The notes: generated by a model not told the origin, from the letters alone. 64,000 nucleotides of DNA from Thermodesulfobacteriota bacterium (GCA_049320885.1 JBMORA010000027.1:1-64000); one strand, 5' to 3'. Positions 46,783-56,965 are shown, counted from the stretch's first letter. Made by a program: numbers and translations.

Positions 46783-48282
46783 CTATTCGGGAGGCCCGCC
46801 CTGATCTTGACCATCACCGGCCAGCCTTGAGCAGGTTGGCGGCTGATGCTGGAGGGGACACAGGCGACGGCGAGAGGACTGGCGGCCGGTCAGCTCTGGC
46901 TCAAGGACTTTCACCGGCTTGGCCGGCCGCAGATACGGGAAACCGTTTTCCTGCCTTTCAGCCCGAACTCTGTCGGCTTTGGCTTCGTCGCGCCGGTATC
47001 TGGCTTCTTTTTTCCGGATATCGTCCTTGATGACATTACGATCAATTTTCAACTGTCTCATTTCTTCCATGAGTGGTTTGATGATATCGCCTACATGGGT
47101 TAATTGTGCGTCGCTGTTGCCGGACACGGCATGAATGGAAGTGAGGATGCCGTATGCCTGGAAAGCCAATTTGCTTCTATCCTGTTGCATCGCTTTTGCC
47201 CGGATAATCGGCTTCGGTTTTTGGCTCCCGTTAAACCCTTCTGTAATCTTGATCCACCAATCGAGATCCTTTCTTTGGGTGTGATGCTTTCCCGGGTTGT
47301 CCTGGAATCGCAACCATTTTTGGGTGCAATATCCCCAGATATTTTTCGTATGGTTGAATAAATCTTCAATTGTGTGGATGTTCAATTCATTCATTGCCTG
47401 ACGTCTAAGCTGGAATTCGGTTCGGATGATCTTCTTTCCGGAAGGAACTCTTTTTATACCCCAGATTGAATACATCCATTCTTTGGATTTCTTGATTTTG
47501 ATTTCAAGGGGCTTGTCATACAGCCTGGCGCATAAATGGCCTTTCCCGATGCTGATCCCGGTTAAATCGGCATTATGCAAATGTGACGCGGCGTATTTGG
47601 AGCGCGTTACCCGGTTATGAATTATGTCCATCGTCCATTTGTCGGCGTCCATCAATAAATCCAGACATACATCGACTCTGCTCGGTTTTATTTCCGTGAT
47701 GAAACCGCCACGATATTCTATGAATTCGATTATCCGATTGACGGATTCTTCGGGGCCGTGATTCCATAGGGGTTCCGAGCGGATTTCCACCATGATGCTC
47801 GGTCTTGATTTCGGATGAGTCCAGTTTCCTATTTTCAAGTTGTATTCTTTATTCTGGATCATCCATTCATACCCCTTTGACCCATGGGCCATGATTTCAA
47901 ATATCCATTTTTCATCTGTTTTTTCTCTATCAAAATGAATAGCCTGTGGTTCGTCGTGGAATGCCGACAGCTTTTTCCCTTCCTCCAGTTTTTCGAAAAA
48001 GCGTTGATTTTGCCATATGGTGTTGATGGCAAGATAGAGAGTGTCAATTCCTGATGAGAGGACAGGACCGAGTCGAACCGGAGAGGGAGTCACCTTTACG
48101 GGGGGGCTGATAGTCGTTCGCCCCCCACCGGGGATTGAAACAGGTTCCGGGGGCGGGGGCTGTCCGGCTTCCTCGCTGGAGCGCTCGTCAGCGGCCCAGC
48201 CGGTTGAATGCAGGGGTTGATTTTCTGGGGTGATACTGGTTTTTGACTGTTGGGGTCCGTTTGTGAAGTTTGTTGTTTTCAT
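46783..48282 (-). CDS. Rep_trans-like rolling-circle replication initiator/relaxase
   Basis: GIDTLYL, SRVDVCLD, IGKG...ARLYDK, RTEFQLRR, WGYCT motifs; true start uncertain. Confidence 0.75.
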   Translation of the reverse strand: MKTTNFTNGPQQSKTSITPENQPLHSTGWAADERSSEEAGQPPPPEPVSIPGGGRTTISPPVKVTPSPVRLGPVLSSGIDTLYLAINTIWQNQRFFEKLEEGKKLSAFHDEPQAIHFDREKTDEKWIFEIMAHGSKGYEWMIQNKEYNLKIGNWTHPKSRPSIMVEIRSEPLWNHGPEESVNRIIEFIEYRGGFITEIKPSRVDVCLDLLMDADKWTMDIIHNRVTRSKYAASHLHNADLTGISIGKGHLCARLYDKPLEIKIKKSKEWMYSIWGIKRVPSGKKIIRTEFQLRRQAMNELNIHTIEDLFNHTKNIWGYCTQKWLRFQDNPGKHHTQRKDLDWWIKITEGFNGSQKPKPIIRAKAMQQDRSKLAFQAYGILTSIHAVSGNSDAQLTHVGDIIKPLMEEMRQLKIDRNVIKDDIRKKEARYRRDEAKADRVRAERQENGFPYLRPAKPVKVLEPELTGRQSSRRRLCPLQHQPPTCSRLAGDGQDQGGPPE

Positions 48283-48331
48283 GCCGTGTGATTAAACACA
48301 GCTTTTCAACAAAGACCCGGACAGGAAAAAA

Positions 48332-49291
48332 TTATTTTTTGTCCGATTGAAATGAATTCAACCAGATTTTTCTTTCACGTTGAATTGCCTTTGCAAAGGC
48401 TTCGGGGCTTTCTGGTAAATCTGGATCAATCTCCGGACCGCCTGAATCCATTTGAACAGCATCGAACAATTGACGAATTTCGGGTTCTGTCAGTTTCGCA
48501 TTAAACAATTGACTTGCTGCAGAAACCAAGCCGGCCACGTAACATTTTACGCTTTTTGGGGTTATGGTTTTTATGGGTGCTTTACTAAGTGCGGATGTTA
48601 TGACGCTATAGGTTCGATTGTTTTTTCTCCATCTTGATTTATGGAATATGTCGGCGATTCTTGGTTCATGAATTAATGAAGAATCGATTCGTAATAGTTT
48701 ATCAAGTGCATCTATGTTTCCACTTCTTGCCTTTCGCAAGAGGATTCCAGGTGGTTTTTGATGAAAAAACCAGCATGGTACCACAACTCTGTAAAAAAAT
48801 ATTATTTCGGGATCTTTTATTTCTCCTTCAATTTTTGGTTGTATTTCTTCATTATTTTTACTTGGAAAATCTTCTTCTATGTCTTTATAACTTATTTGTA
48901 AAAAATCCTTACAACAATTTGAATTCTCTTTTTTTTCTTCAAGAATCAATTTATCTATTTCGTTTTTTAGCATTTCATTTAATGTTTTTGATCCTGTTCT
49001 TCTCATTTTTTTTCGGAATAAATTAAATATTTTAATGAATATTATACTAATTTCAGCGAATTCATATTTTGCGGCAAAGAAATTTTCTAAAGTATTTATT
49101 ACTGTTCGATTTTTTTTGTATAGAGAAATCCATAATTTTTTGTCTGGTGGGGTTTCATTTGGAGTAAGTTTTTCACCAGATTTCCATATTTTTAATATTG
49201 AATAGATAGCACTTGAGCTTACAACTGCTTGTGTAGCTACGATTGCAATAAATACTGGTTTGTTTTCACACCATTTTTTAATATTATTCAT
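48332..49291 (-). CDS. Hypothetical protein (element backbone, upstream of rep)
   Basis: 319-aa open frame in AT-rich DNA; no family recognised. Confidence 0.7.
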   Translation of the reverse strand: MNNIKKWCENKPVFIAIVATQAVVSSSAIYSILKIWKSGEKLTPNETPPDKKLWISLYKKNRTVINTLENFFAAKYEFAEISIIFIKIFNLFRKKMRRTGSKTLNEMLKNEIDKLILEEKKENSNCCKDFLQISYKDIEEDFPSKNNEEIQPKIEGEIKDPEIIFFYRVVVPCWFFHQKPPGILLRKARSGNIDALDKLLRIDSSLIHEPRIADIFHKSRWRKNNRTYSVITSALSKAPIKTITPKSVKCYVAGLVSAASQLFNAKLTEPEIRQLFDAVQMDSGGPEIDPDLPESPEAFAKAIQRERKIWLNSFQSDKK

Positions 49292-49294
49292 AAA

Positions 49295-49354
49295 TAGAAT
49301 CGCCGCTAATCAGCCGCGCGGAATTTTGCGTCGGCTGAATTAGCATTGTTAGCC
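49295..49354 (-). other. attC site 1 (terminal, degenerate R')
   Basis: Minus strand GGCTAAC aat gctaat-T-cagccg-A-cgc...gcg cggctg attagc ggc GATTCTA (GAT in place of GTT). Confidence 0.75.
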
Positions 49355-49360
49355 ATTGCC

Positions 49361-50971
49361 TTATTTTTTTGATCTATTCAATCTTCTATTAGATAATTTC
49401 TTCCAAATACTATCCGCAAGCTCTATTTCCTTGTCGGTAAAGCCGTATCCTTTTTTTAGAATTTGCTCATTCGTAATATTCAAAATTTCGTCTATTGGCT
49501 TTTTGGCGCGCATCATCCTATCTATCTGATTAAGCAATGCTTCATTTCCTATTTTATATGGAAGCAGAATTTTCCCAGCTTCACTAGGCATTAATTCCAA
49601 TACTCCACCACCATAAGAGCGTCCGGTAATTTCGGAGAATGCCAATGAAAGTGAATTGTAAAAACTCGCTACAAAGGCTTTGATGTTGGTTTTTGGCTTT
49701 ACAAATACTCGATGCATGGTGTCGGTGGTGTAAGCACCTACTTCGTTCAAAATTAATTTTGGGTAAAGATTATTTCTCCTGATAAAAAGTGCTTGTGATA
49801 ATTTGATGGAAGGCACAACAAACCAGTCATCCCGAATGCCTGTTTTGTAGCCCTTGTTGATTCCCACAGACTCGCCCAACGAGATATAGGTAGTTGCTCC
49901 TTTATGCCTATTTAATTCTTTCTTTGGAGGGAAAATGAGCAAATGCGTACGGGCTCTGGTCAAGCGGTTTCTTTTCCAATCTTCTTCGTTGAAAACAATG
50001 CTATTTACCTGCACACTTCGGCCCACCATAGGTTTGGCATATTCATGCAGGCTGTATGCTTCCACTACAGGTAAAGGCACGGTGAAATAGTTGTTTGCAC
50101 CCGTGGTAATACCTACTTCAACTTTTGCATAGTCTGCAATTTTTGGAATAAATTTTTTCTGGGCGACTGTTTCCAAAAAGTTAATTTCTTCCTGTTGCAA
50201 AAAATAAAATGTCCACTTGTTGCTTTTAAAATCTATCTGCTTTTGTGGACTTTGAAGCTTGTTTACTTCCAGTGCTTCCAGTTCGGATGCATCAGTTATT
50301 TCTAAATGCTCAATAAAGTGGCTGTCCGTTCCATTTTTCTCACAAAGCAGTAATACAACCTCTTGCTGTATATCAGGGAATACCAGCTTTTTAAATGAGA
50401 CGATATTGATCTTGTTGTAAAAATGAGCCAAAAACTCCCGTAGTTGTTGAGCATAAGAAACCTGTAATATTTCCGCTGGAACAACAAAGCCGATTTTCCC
50501 CTTCTCCTTTAATAGTAAGCTTGAACCGACTACAAAGGAAACCCATGCATTGGTGAGCTTAGTGTATTTAAGACCTGCTTTGTTAAATATTTTAGTTGCT
50601 TCTATCTGCTGCGCCTCATCAAAATATTGATAACGTATGTAAGGTGGATTACCGACCACAAAATCAAAACATTCAGTAGTTTCATTGCAATAGAGATGAA
50701 AGTCTGTGTTAATAACCGTTTTGCTTCCAAGTTGTAGTTTATCGGCTTTTTTAGCTTCTGCTTCATCAAATTCAATAGCCGTGATCTTATTAAATTTATG
50801 CTTCTGCTCCTTTAACTGTTTCAGAAAAACACCTTCACCGCAGCTCGGTTCCAAAATATCGTAGGATGAACTACCGTTAATGCCCCATTTCAAAATAAAT
50901 GCGGCAATAGGTTCGGGGGTATAAAATCCACCTCTAAGTTTCTCTGCTGATGCGTGTTTAATTAGCTTCAT
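49361..50971 (-). CDS. N6-adenine DNA methyltransferase, M.Eco57I-like companion MTase
   Basis: GGFYTP, LEPSCGEG, VGNPPY, GRSYGGGVLEL. Confidence 0.9.
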   Translation of the reverse strand: MKLIKHASAEKLRGGFYTPEPIAAFILKWGINGSSSYDILEPSCGEGVFLKQLKEQKHKFNKITAIEFDEAEAKKADKLQLGSKTVINTDFHLYCNETTECFDFVVGNPPYIRYQYFDEAQQIEATKIFNKAGLKYTKLTNAWVSFVVGSSLLLKEKGKIGFVVPAEILQVSYAQQLREFLAHFYNKINIVSFKKLVFPDIQQEVVLLLCEKNGTDSHFIEHLEITDASELEALEVNKLQSPQKQIDFKSNKWTFYFLQQEEINFLETVAQKKFIPKIADYAKVEVGITTGANNYFTVPLPVVEAYSLHEYAKPMVGRSVQVNSIVFNEEDWKRNRLTRARTHLLIFPPKKELNRHKGATTYISLGESVGINKGYKTGIRDDWFVVPSIKLSQALFIRRNNLYPKLILNEVGAYTTDTMHRVFVKPKTNIKAFVASFYNSLSLAFSEITGRSYGGGVLELMPSEAGKILLPYKIGNEALLNQIDRMMRAKKPIDEILNITNEQILKKGYGFTDKEIELADSIWKKLSNRRLNRSKK

Positions 50972-53951
50972 ACATTTTTTTTATTAGAGGGATTAATGAA
51001 TCATCTTTTTTCAATCCATAAAGCTTTTTCAAAAGCTCATCCAGTTCCGATTTAAGCAAGTGAAACTCTCTTTGTAACCTTGAAAGTGACCGCTTGTCTT
51101 TTTGATTTTTGTCTATTTCTCCCTGTTTCAGAATCAGTTCCTTTTGGGTTTTTACGATCTTAGTGTGAAATGTCTTATCCATTTTATTATTGAAGTCAAT
51201 CTTTCGAATTGGTAAACGCTTCAAAACTTTTGTTCCTCTAGCAATATAGCCACCTCTAAAAACTTCGCCCAAAAGAGCCGAAATCCATTCCAAGTATTTT
51301 GAGTTAAGCAAAGCCTGAATGTAATAGATTGAGTAAGGAGAATCGGGGGGGAGTGCAACAACACAATAGCCGGCTGTTCCTCCGGAGGAAATCAGTGTGC
51401 CATGAAAATCAATGGCGTATTTGTCGCCAACTGACAGAACTCCCACAATGATTTTTTTCGGTATCCCGCATTTGTCTAAACTTTGGTGTCTGCCATATCT
51501 GTGCCATTCATGTTTAGTTTCAGGTTCAGGTTTGATGTCTCTTTCTTGGTTGTCAAGTATGCTTTTATGTTGTTGCAAGTATTTATAAGCCGCAGGAAAA
51601 TTCTTCTTAATATCCTTTAACGAGATTAAATCTATACCTGATTTGGTAAGTTTGTAAGGGTAAATTACCCGTGCATTGGGTTTAAAAGGTCGATAAGTAT
51701 TCAGGTTGTCATCGCCAGAAGAAGTTTGGAAGTAAGGTTTCGTTATGGCCTTTTCAATTTTCCATTCCATTCCCTTTTTTTCAAAATAGTAATAGGTTTT
51801 ATCTTCCTTCTTAGGCTGAAAGATATAGATTGCATTGGCACTTGTTTGAATACCGTTAAAAATACCTTCACGGTCTACGATATCTTCCAGCAAAATACTT
51901 TGAGCATTAATTTTATCAAAGGCCGGTTTGAGTTCGGGAGGTACGAGCACCCAAACTTCTTTATTCAGGCTCTTTGTTTCTATAGTTTGGTACTCAATGT
52001 CATCTTTTTCACTAACCCTCCAGGCCGGTAAATCCATGATTTCGGTGTGTTGGAATGTTGAAAGTTTTTCTTTTCGGAGAATCAGCAGACACGTGTATGT
52101 GGTTTTACTGCTGAATATCTGGTTTGCGCCAAAAGAAACAATGGTATGAATATACTCTTTATCTTGCAAAAACTCTCTGAGTTTTAAACCGGCTCCTACT
52201 TTAGCGAATTTGCTTGGTACGATATATCCAAGCCAGCCTTTGTCTTTAAGTAAATCAATTGCCCGTTCAATAAAAACAAAGTATTTGTCGAATTGCTTGT
52301 AAGCAGAGGAGTATTTCTTTTTGTATATCGGAAGTTCAAGCGGAGTGATCTGCTTCATGTCTTCCGATTTCATATACGGAGGGTTGCCAACAATTACGTC
52401 ATATTTTTCCTTGCTAAAATCAAATGGATTTATTTTTGATAAAGCTTTTTTATCATTAACATCTTGTGGAGCAATCAATGTATTCCCAAAATGGATATTG
52501 CTGCTTAGATCAGGCAGAATTGGATTTTTTGAGTTGACTGAACTGTTGTCCTCACTTTCAAGAAGTTTTAGGAGCAACCCGAATTTTGTAGCTTCAACCG
52601 CATTATAATCTTTATCTGTGCCATAAATGCAATTCAAAAGCAGTTCCCGTTTTAGTTCAAATGGTAGCTTATAGGTATTTATGCTGGTATGAATAAGCTT
52701 TGAGCTGGCATTGTTGAGATAGAAGTCAAGCAATGTGTCGCTCAATAACTGGAACAGCTCTAAAAGAAAAGCACCTGAACCGCAGGCAATATCCGCCATT
52801 TTTGAACCAAGGATATCTTTAGCTGTTTTACCCTCACAAAACGGAGCAACTGTCTGATTTAAAATAGACTTGATAATAAAATTCGGAGTAGTGATAATAT
52901 CCCTGTCAACATTTTCCGGTTTTCGGACAAGTTCAATCTTTCCGTTTTGTATAGCGAGTTTTTCAGAAAGAAAAATTTCGTAGATGCTGCCCAATACATC
53001 AGATGAAAATACTGCAAAAGAGTAGGGGCTCTCCGGGTAGTAAAGTTGTCTGATGATCAACCAGAATATGGAGCTGATGTTGCCAATGATTTTTTCAGAT
53101 AAAAATTGATCAAACAAACCGGAATTGTATTTTTTATCTGCTTGATCGAACTTTTTCAGAAGGGCTTTGAAGTCCTGCTGATCGGCAAATTGGAGTAAGG
53201 TTTGATAGGCCTCTAAATCTCTATCTTCGCAGACCCGAAGAAAAATAATCCGGTTTATGTAGCTCTGTACGTAATCGTTGAGCAATTGCTCTGATATCCC
53301 GTGTTCATATTTGTAGATTTCTGCTCCAAGCTGTTTCCTCCATTCATTAATCTGATTCAGGAATAGATGGTCAATGCTGAATAGACTGAGCTTTTCTTCA
53401 ATGCTCTTCCATTCTTCATCAAACTGACCGGTGTAAACGGATTTTTTTCCAAGCAGGGATTGCAGTTCTTCAAACTTGTCTGCATATTCAGTGTAGTGGT
53501 ATTTTTTTATAAGGGCTTTGTTATGGTTGTCGTCTTTTTCAACTTTGATTGAACAATCATAGATCAACAGATATTCAAAATTGGAAAGCACCGATATTTT
53601 CAGCTTAGCGGTAAATCCATATCGCCTTACTTGTTTGGCGTTATCAATATTGGTTTCAATGGAAACGCTTGGCTTTTTAGCTTCAAGAAAAAATTTCCGT
53701 TCAGAGAACAGTCTGAAAGTATAATCTGGCTTTTTTGAGTTTTCAAATGCATTTGCCTTTAACGCTTCTTCTAAAAGGACTTCCCTTTCGTTAGTTGGCT
53801 TACCTGATTTGTTTTTGATATCCCATCCTAAAAACTCAAACAATGTATCCAGAAAATCAGACCTCAATTGCGTCTCATTATAAGTCGCTTTGAGATAATT
53901 ATCTCTGTTGGAATGATATTTATTTACAAGGTTTTGAATGGTTGTTTTCAT
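50958..53951 (-). CDS. Type IIG restriction-modification enzyme, Eco57I-like
   Basis: NETQLR..F, KPDY...LEAKK nuclease; DIACGSGAF, VGNPPY MTase; 997 aa; followed by a separate MTase. Confidence 0.9.
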   Translation of the reverse strand: MKTTIQNLVNKYHSNRDNYLKATYNETQLRSDFLDTLFEFLGWDIKNKSGKPTNEREVLLEEALKANAFENSKKPDYTFRLFSERKFFLEAKKPSVSIETNIDNAKQVRRYGFTAKLKISVLSNFEYLLIYDCSIKVEKDDNHNKALIKKYHYTEYADKFEELQSLLGKKSVYTGQFDEEWKSIEEKLSLFSIDHLFLNQINEWRKQLGAEIYKYEHGISEQLLNDYVQSYINRIIFLRVCEDRDLEAYQTLLQFADQQDFKALLKKFDQADKKYNSGLFDQFLSEKIIGNISSIFWLIIRQLYYPESPYSFAVFSSDVLGSIYEIFLSEKLAIQNGKIELVRKPENVDRDIITTPNFIIKSILNQTVAPFCEGKTAKDILGSKMADIACGSGAFLLELFQLLSDTLLDFYLNNASSKLIHTSINTYKLPFELKRELLLNCIYGTDKDYNAVEATKFGLLLKLLESEDNSSVNSKNPILPDLSSNIHFGNTLIAPQDVNDKKALSKINPFDFSKEKYDVIVGNPPYMKSEDMKQITPLELPIYKKKYSSAYKQFDKYFVFIERAIDLLKDKGWLGYIVPSKFAKVGAGLKLREFLQDKEYIHTIVSFGANQIFSSKTTYTCLLILRKEKLSTFQHTEIMDLPAWRVSEKDDIEYQTIETKSLNKEVWVLVPPELKPAFDKINAQSILLEDIVDREGIFNGIQTSANAIYIFQPKKEDKTYYYFEKKGMEWKIEKAITKPYFQTSSGDDNLNTYRPFKPNARVIYPYKLTKSGIDLISLKDIKKNFPAAYKYLQQHKSILDNQERDIKPEPETKHEWHRYGRHQSLDKCGIPKKIIVGVLSVGDKYAIDFHGTLISSGGTAGYCVVALPPDSPYSIYYIQALLNSKYLEWISALLGEVFRGGYIARGTKVLKRLPIRKIDFNNKMDKTFHTKIVKTQKELILKQGEIDKNQKDKRSLSRLQREFHLLKSELDELLKKLYGLKKDDSLIPLIKKMYEAN

Positions 53952-53973
53952 AAAACATTCTCATTTTTTGTAT

Positions 53974-54045
53974 GGCTAACGCCTTTCTCACCTGACGGTG
54001 TGGAGCGGCAGCGTAACACCGGTCAGGTGCAGAAAGTGGTTAAGC
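53974..54045 (-). other. attC site 2
   Basis: Minus strand GCTTAAC cac tttct-G-cacctgac-C-ggtgt...acacc gtcaggtg agaaa ggc GTTAGCC; upstream gene stop lies in R''. Confidence 0.9.
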
Positions 54046-54777
54046 GCCCATTTTTCTAAGATATTCGATAAAGCCTTTTTCGAACATCGTCTGAACGTCA
54101 TTTATTTGCAATTTTATAGAAACAAATACGTCCTTGTTCTTGATTTGACAGTACCCCAACATATTAACGCTTTGGTCGGTTATCTGTGGCAACCGGCCTT
54201 GGTGGACAAAAGCGTTCCTTTCCTTGTAGAGCATGTCCACGAAGGCTTTCAATCTTTCATCAAAGTTGAGCGATTTGTATTTAGGGCTTTGGTCTTTAAT
54301 ATCAAAACCCGCGATTAATTTTTGTTTGTCTTCGAGAGTAAAATATCTATTAACAAAACTGCGCACTTTCTCTGTAGAGCCATGTTTTGCATAATATTCA
54401 TTCTGAAGAGATACGATTGTTCTTTTAAGATCTTGTTGATCAGTTATTGGAAATGAAATCGATTCAGGTTCTTTAATTTTGGCTAATAACCATTGGTCAA
54501 AGGGCTGAAATTTCTCATCCGCTGTAGCTTCCATTATTGAAAATATTGAAATCAAAATAACACCAGCATGTTTGATCTCTTTCGTTACGACATAATAAAA
54601 AAAGCCTAATCTTATTATTTCTTCTTTTTCGTCGTTTAATTTTGACAAGCGTTCATTAAAATCATTACGATTTTCAAAATATTTTTCAAATGCGCAATAA
54701 AAAAGATCACTATTTATCCTATACATATCGTTAATGAAGGTATCGGGAAAAGGCTTTATTTGATCTTTATCGTTCAT
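54040..54777 (-). CDS. Cassette protein with HEPN-like R-x4-H motif
   Basis: LYKERNAFVHQG plus upstream SIMEA helix; ATG 54777 follows attC3. Confidence 0.65.
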   Translation of the reverse strand: MNDKDQIKPFPDTFINDMYRINSDLFYCAFEKYFENRNDFNERLSKLNDEKEEIIRLGFFYYVVTKEIKHAGVILISIFSIMEATADEKFQPFDQWLLAKIKEPESISFPITDQQDLKRTIVSLQNEYYAKHGSTEKVRSFVNRYFTLEDKQKLIAGFDIKDQSPKYKSLNFDERLKAFVDMLYKERNAFVHQGRLPQITDQSVNMLGYCQIKNKDVFVSIKLQINDVQTMFEKGFIEYLRKMGA

Positions 54778-54789
54778 AGATGATATGGC

Positions 54790-54921
54790 GCTTAACACTA
54801 GAGCTGTGGGGCCGGGAAACGCACCTGCACAGCATTGAAAAAAGTTACAAATATTTTGCCTGCAAAGGATTTGGAAAAAAGCCGCGACCTTTCCCGGTCC
54901 CTCACAAGCGAATGGTTAGCA
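54790..54921 (-). other. attC site 3
   Basis: Minus strand TGCTAAC...GTTAAGC; arms gctgtggggccgggaaa / tttcccggtccctcacaagc. Confidence 0.85.
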
Positions 54922-54944
54922 TCTCTGGACTTCTGCGCTATTGA

Positions 54945-55157
54945 TTAACTGTTTATCGAACGAAACCATTTTGGCACTTTCCCTTGAATAGTCACATATG
55001 AAAATAATAGCAAAAGCAATGATCCAGAAATTAGAAAACTCCAAGATTTCGTTTCAGCGACAAAAATTTCAATTGCTAATGCAAATAAAAATAATACACT
55101 GGAAATTCCAGCGAGTATTCTATAAACAGTTTTGATTTTTGGATCTACTTCTTTCAT
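54945..55157 (-). CDS. Cassette: small two-TM membrane protein (70 aa)
   Basis: Two hydrophobic segments; fills the space between attC4 and attC3. Confidence 0.65.
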   Translation of the reverse strand: MKEVDPKIKTVYRILAGISSVLFLFALAIEIFVAETKSWSFLISGSLLLLLFSYVTIQGKVPKWFRSINS

Positions 55158-55167
55158 AATTTTTGGA

Positions 55168-55293
55168 TGCTAACACACTGCTGTGGGGCAGCCAGGGCTC
55201 CCACAAATTTTATAAAAAACGATAAAAGTTCAATTTTCAACAATATTTCAAATCGGCTCGGCCCTGGCTGTCCCTACCAGCAGATTGTTCGGC
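55168..55293 (-). other. attC site 4
   Basis: Minus strand GCCGAAC...GTTAGCA; arms ctgctgtggggcagccagggc / gccctggctgtccctaccagcag. Confidence 0.85.
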
Positions 55294-55305
55294 CCTTTAC
55301 CATTA

Positions 55306-55767
55306 TTAAGGTGAATATTCATGTATAATGTCCGATGCTGTGATTATCCAATCAGGACCATCGGCCCATTCTATTGTATGAATAATTAGGCCATCATCTG
55401 AAAGTGAAAATTCATCATATCTCCAGTCTCCGTGTGTTCGAGTTATGTTTGTTCCAGGCATATTAAGTTGATATTTTTCCACTATGGGATAACGAAGGGT
55501 GATTCGTCCTGAATATGCAGACTCGAGCTCTACTGTGATTCTGCAATACTGATTATTTTTTTCTATTGTATCCGACATTGTAAAGTTTATAAGCCGACTG
55601 TCATGTGGAGCTTCAGGTTTATCAAATGAATACCACCACTCCGAAGTTGCAATTTTAAATGCATTTTTTGGAAAACGATCCCGAACAGAATTGAGATAGC
55701 CCATGTATTGTACCCAATTCTGGTCTGAATTATCAGAGTGCCTCTGTTTTGAAAGAATAAATGCCAT
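55306..55767 (-). CDS. Cassette: hypothetical protein (153 aa)
   Basis: Open frame between attC5 and attC4; PHDSRL and GDWRYDEF segments; family not recognised. Confidence 0.7.
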   Translation of the reverse strand: MAFILSKQRHSDNSDQNWVQYMGYLNSVRDRFPKNAFKIATSEWWYSFDKPEAPHDSRLINFTMSDTIEKNNQYCRITVELESAYSGRITLRYPIVEKYQLNMPGTNITRTHGDWRYDEFSLSDDGLIIHTIEWADGPDWIITASDIIHEYSP

Positions 55768-55788
55768 TATAAATTTCCAATATTATGA

Positions 55789-55887
55789 GGCGAACGTTTA
55801 AATGAGCTAACACAAAAGCCGCCAAAATATTTGATTTTATCAAGAATCGACCCGGCTTTTGTGGTTAGCTCTATTTTTTTGTTCGGT
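55789..55887 (-). other. attC site 5
   Basis: Minus strand ACCGAAC...GTTCGCC; arms gagctaacacaaaagccg / cggcttttgt-g-gttagctc. Confidence 0.85.
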
Positions 55888-55995
55888 TACTTTTAATATA
55901 CAGATATATAAACCTCTATCAAAATATAACCAAGAGTACATGACAATTTTGGTTCAACCAGCACTCAGGGAATAAAAAACTGTAGAAATTGTAAA

Positions 55996-56922
55996 TTATA
56001 TCCCCGATAATTTTTTATTTGTTGAATTTATTCGATTATATTTTTTAATTTCACCATTTATAGTTTGGATAATGAAAAAGTCATTTGTTATATCGATGAT
56101 AATATCCTTATCCGTATCGCCTTTTGAGGCACTATTGCTTGATGATTTTTCATATACATAATAAAGAGTTGAATCTTTGATTTTCCATGTACCTGAGAAA
56201 TCAATTGCTATTGTTTTTTTTTGCTTTAAATGACCATCATACTTGCCATTAGTATAAAAGTTTAATTGTATGGTCTTTTCCTTCTCGCTATTTACATGTT
56301 TCCAGGAGCCAATCAAACTTGAAGCAAGATTTGGATAATTGCGAGCCTCGGCACCACGCAAACGTTTTTGTTTAGATATCAAAACTTCTTTAAGTCGCTC
56401 TATTTGGATACTAAAAAAATCACAATTATTATTTATGGTTGGCTTTAACTCAATTGCTTTGTCAAAATCTTTAATGGCATTTTCGTGTTTACCAATATTA
56501 TAATAGGCAATACTTCTATTATAGTAAACGAGTGCATCATTTGGTTTCAAAGTTAAAGCCTTATTGTAATCTTGGATGGCCAATTCTTTTTTACCAATCC
56601 AATCATAAGCATTCCCTCGATTAACATAATATTCAGCTTTGTTAGGAACTAACTTAATTGATTTAGTAAAATCATTAATGGCTTTATCATATTGTTTTAA
56701 TTCAAGGTAACAATTCCCCCTTCTGTTGTAAGCAATAGGATTATAGGGATTTTTTGCTATTTCTTTTGAAAAGCTATCTATTGCTTGCTCATAATTGCCA
56801 GAATCATATTGCCTTATTCCTTCCTTAATAAACTGAAGATCATATGCAAATGTATTTGTTATACTCAAATACATTGAAATTATAAATAAAAAGGGGAAAG
56901 AAACTATCTTAATTAATTTCAT
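55996..56922 (-). CDS. Cassette: exported TPR-repeat protein with a C-terminal beta-rich domain
   Basis: Signal peptide; TPRs (AYNRRG, YYVNRG, VYYNRS); LIGSWK...FSGTWKI C-terminal domain. Confidence 0.85.
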   Translation of the reverse strand: MKLIKIVSFPFLFIISMYLSITNTFAYDLQFIKEGIRQYDSGNYEQAIDSFSKEIAKNPYNPIAYNRRGNCYLELKQYDKAINDFTKSIKLVPNKAEYYVNRGNAYDWIGKKELAIQDYNKALTLKPNDALVYYNRSIAYYNIGKHENAIKDFDKAIELKPTINNNCDFFSIQIERLKEVLISKQKRLRGAEARNYPNLASSLIGSWKHVNSEKEKTIQLNFYTNGKYDGHLKQKKTIAIDFSGTWKIKDSTLYYVYEKSSSNSASKGDTDKDIIIDITNDFFIIQTINGEIKKYNRINSTNKKLSGI

Positions 56923-56965
56923 CTTTTATATCCAATTGAACAATTCGCATAGGTCGAACAAATTG

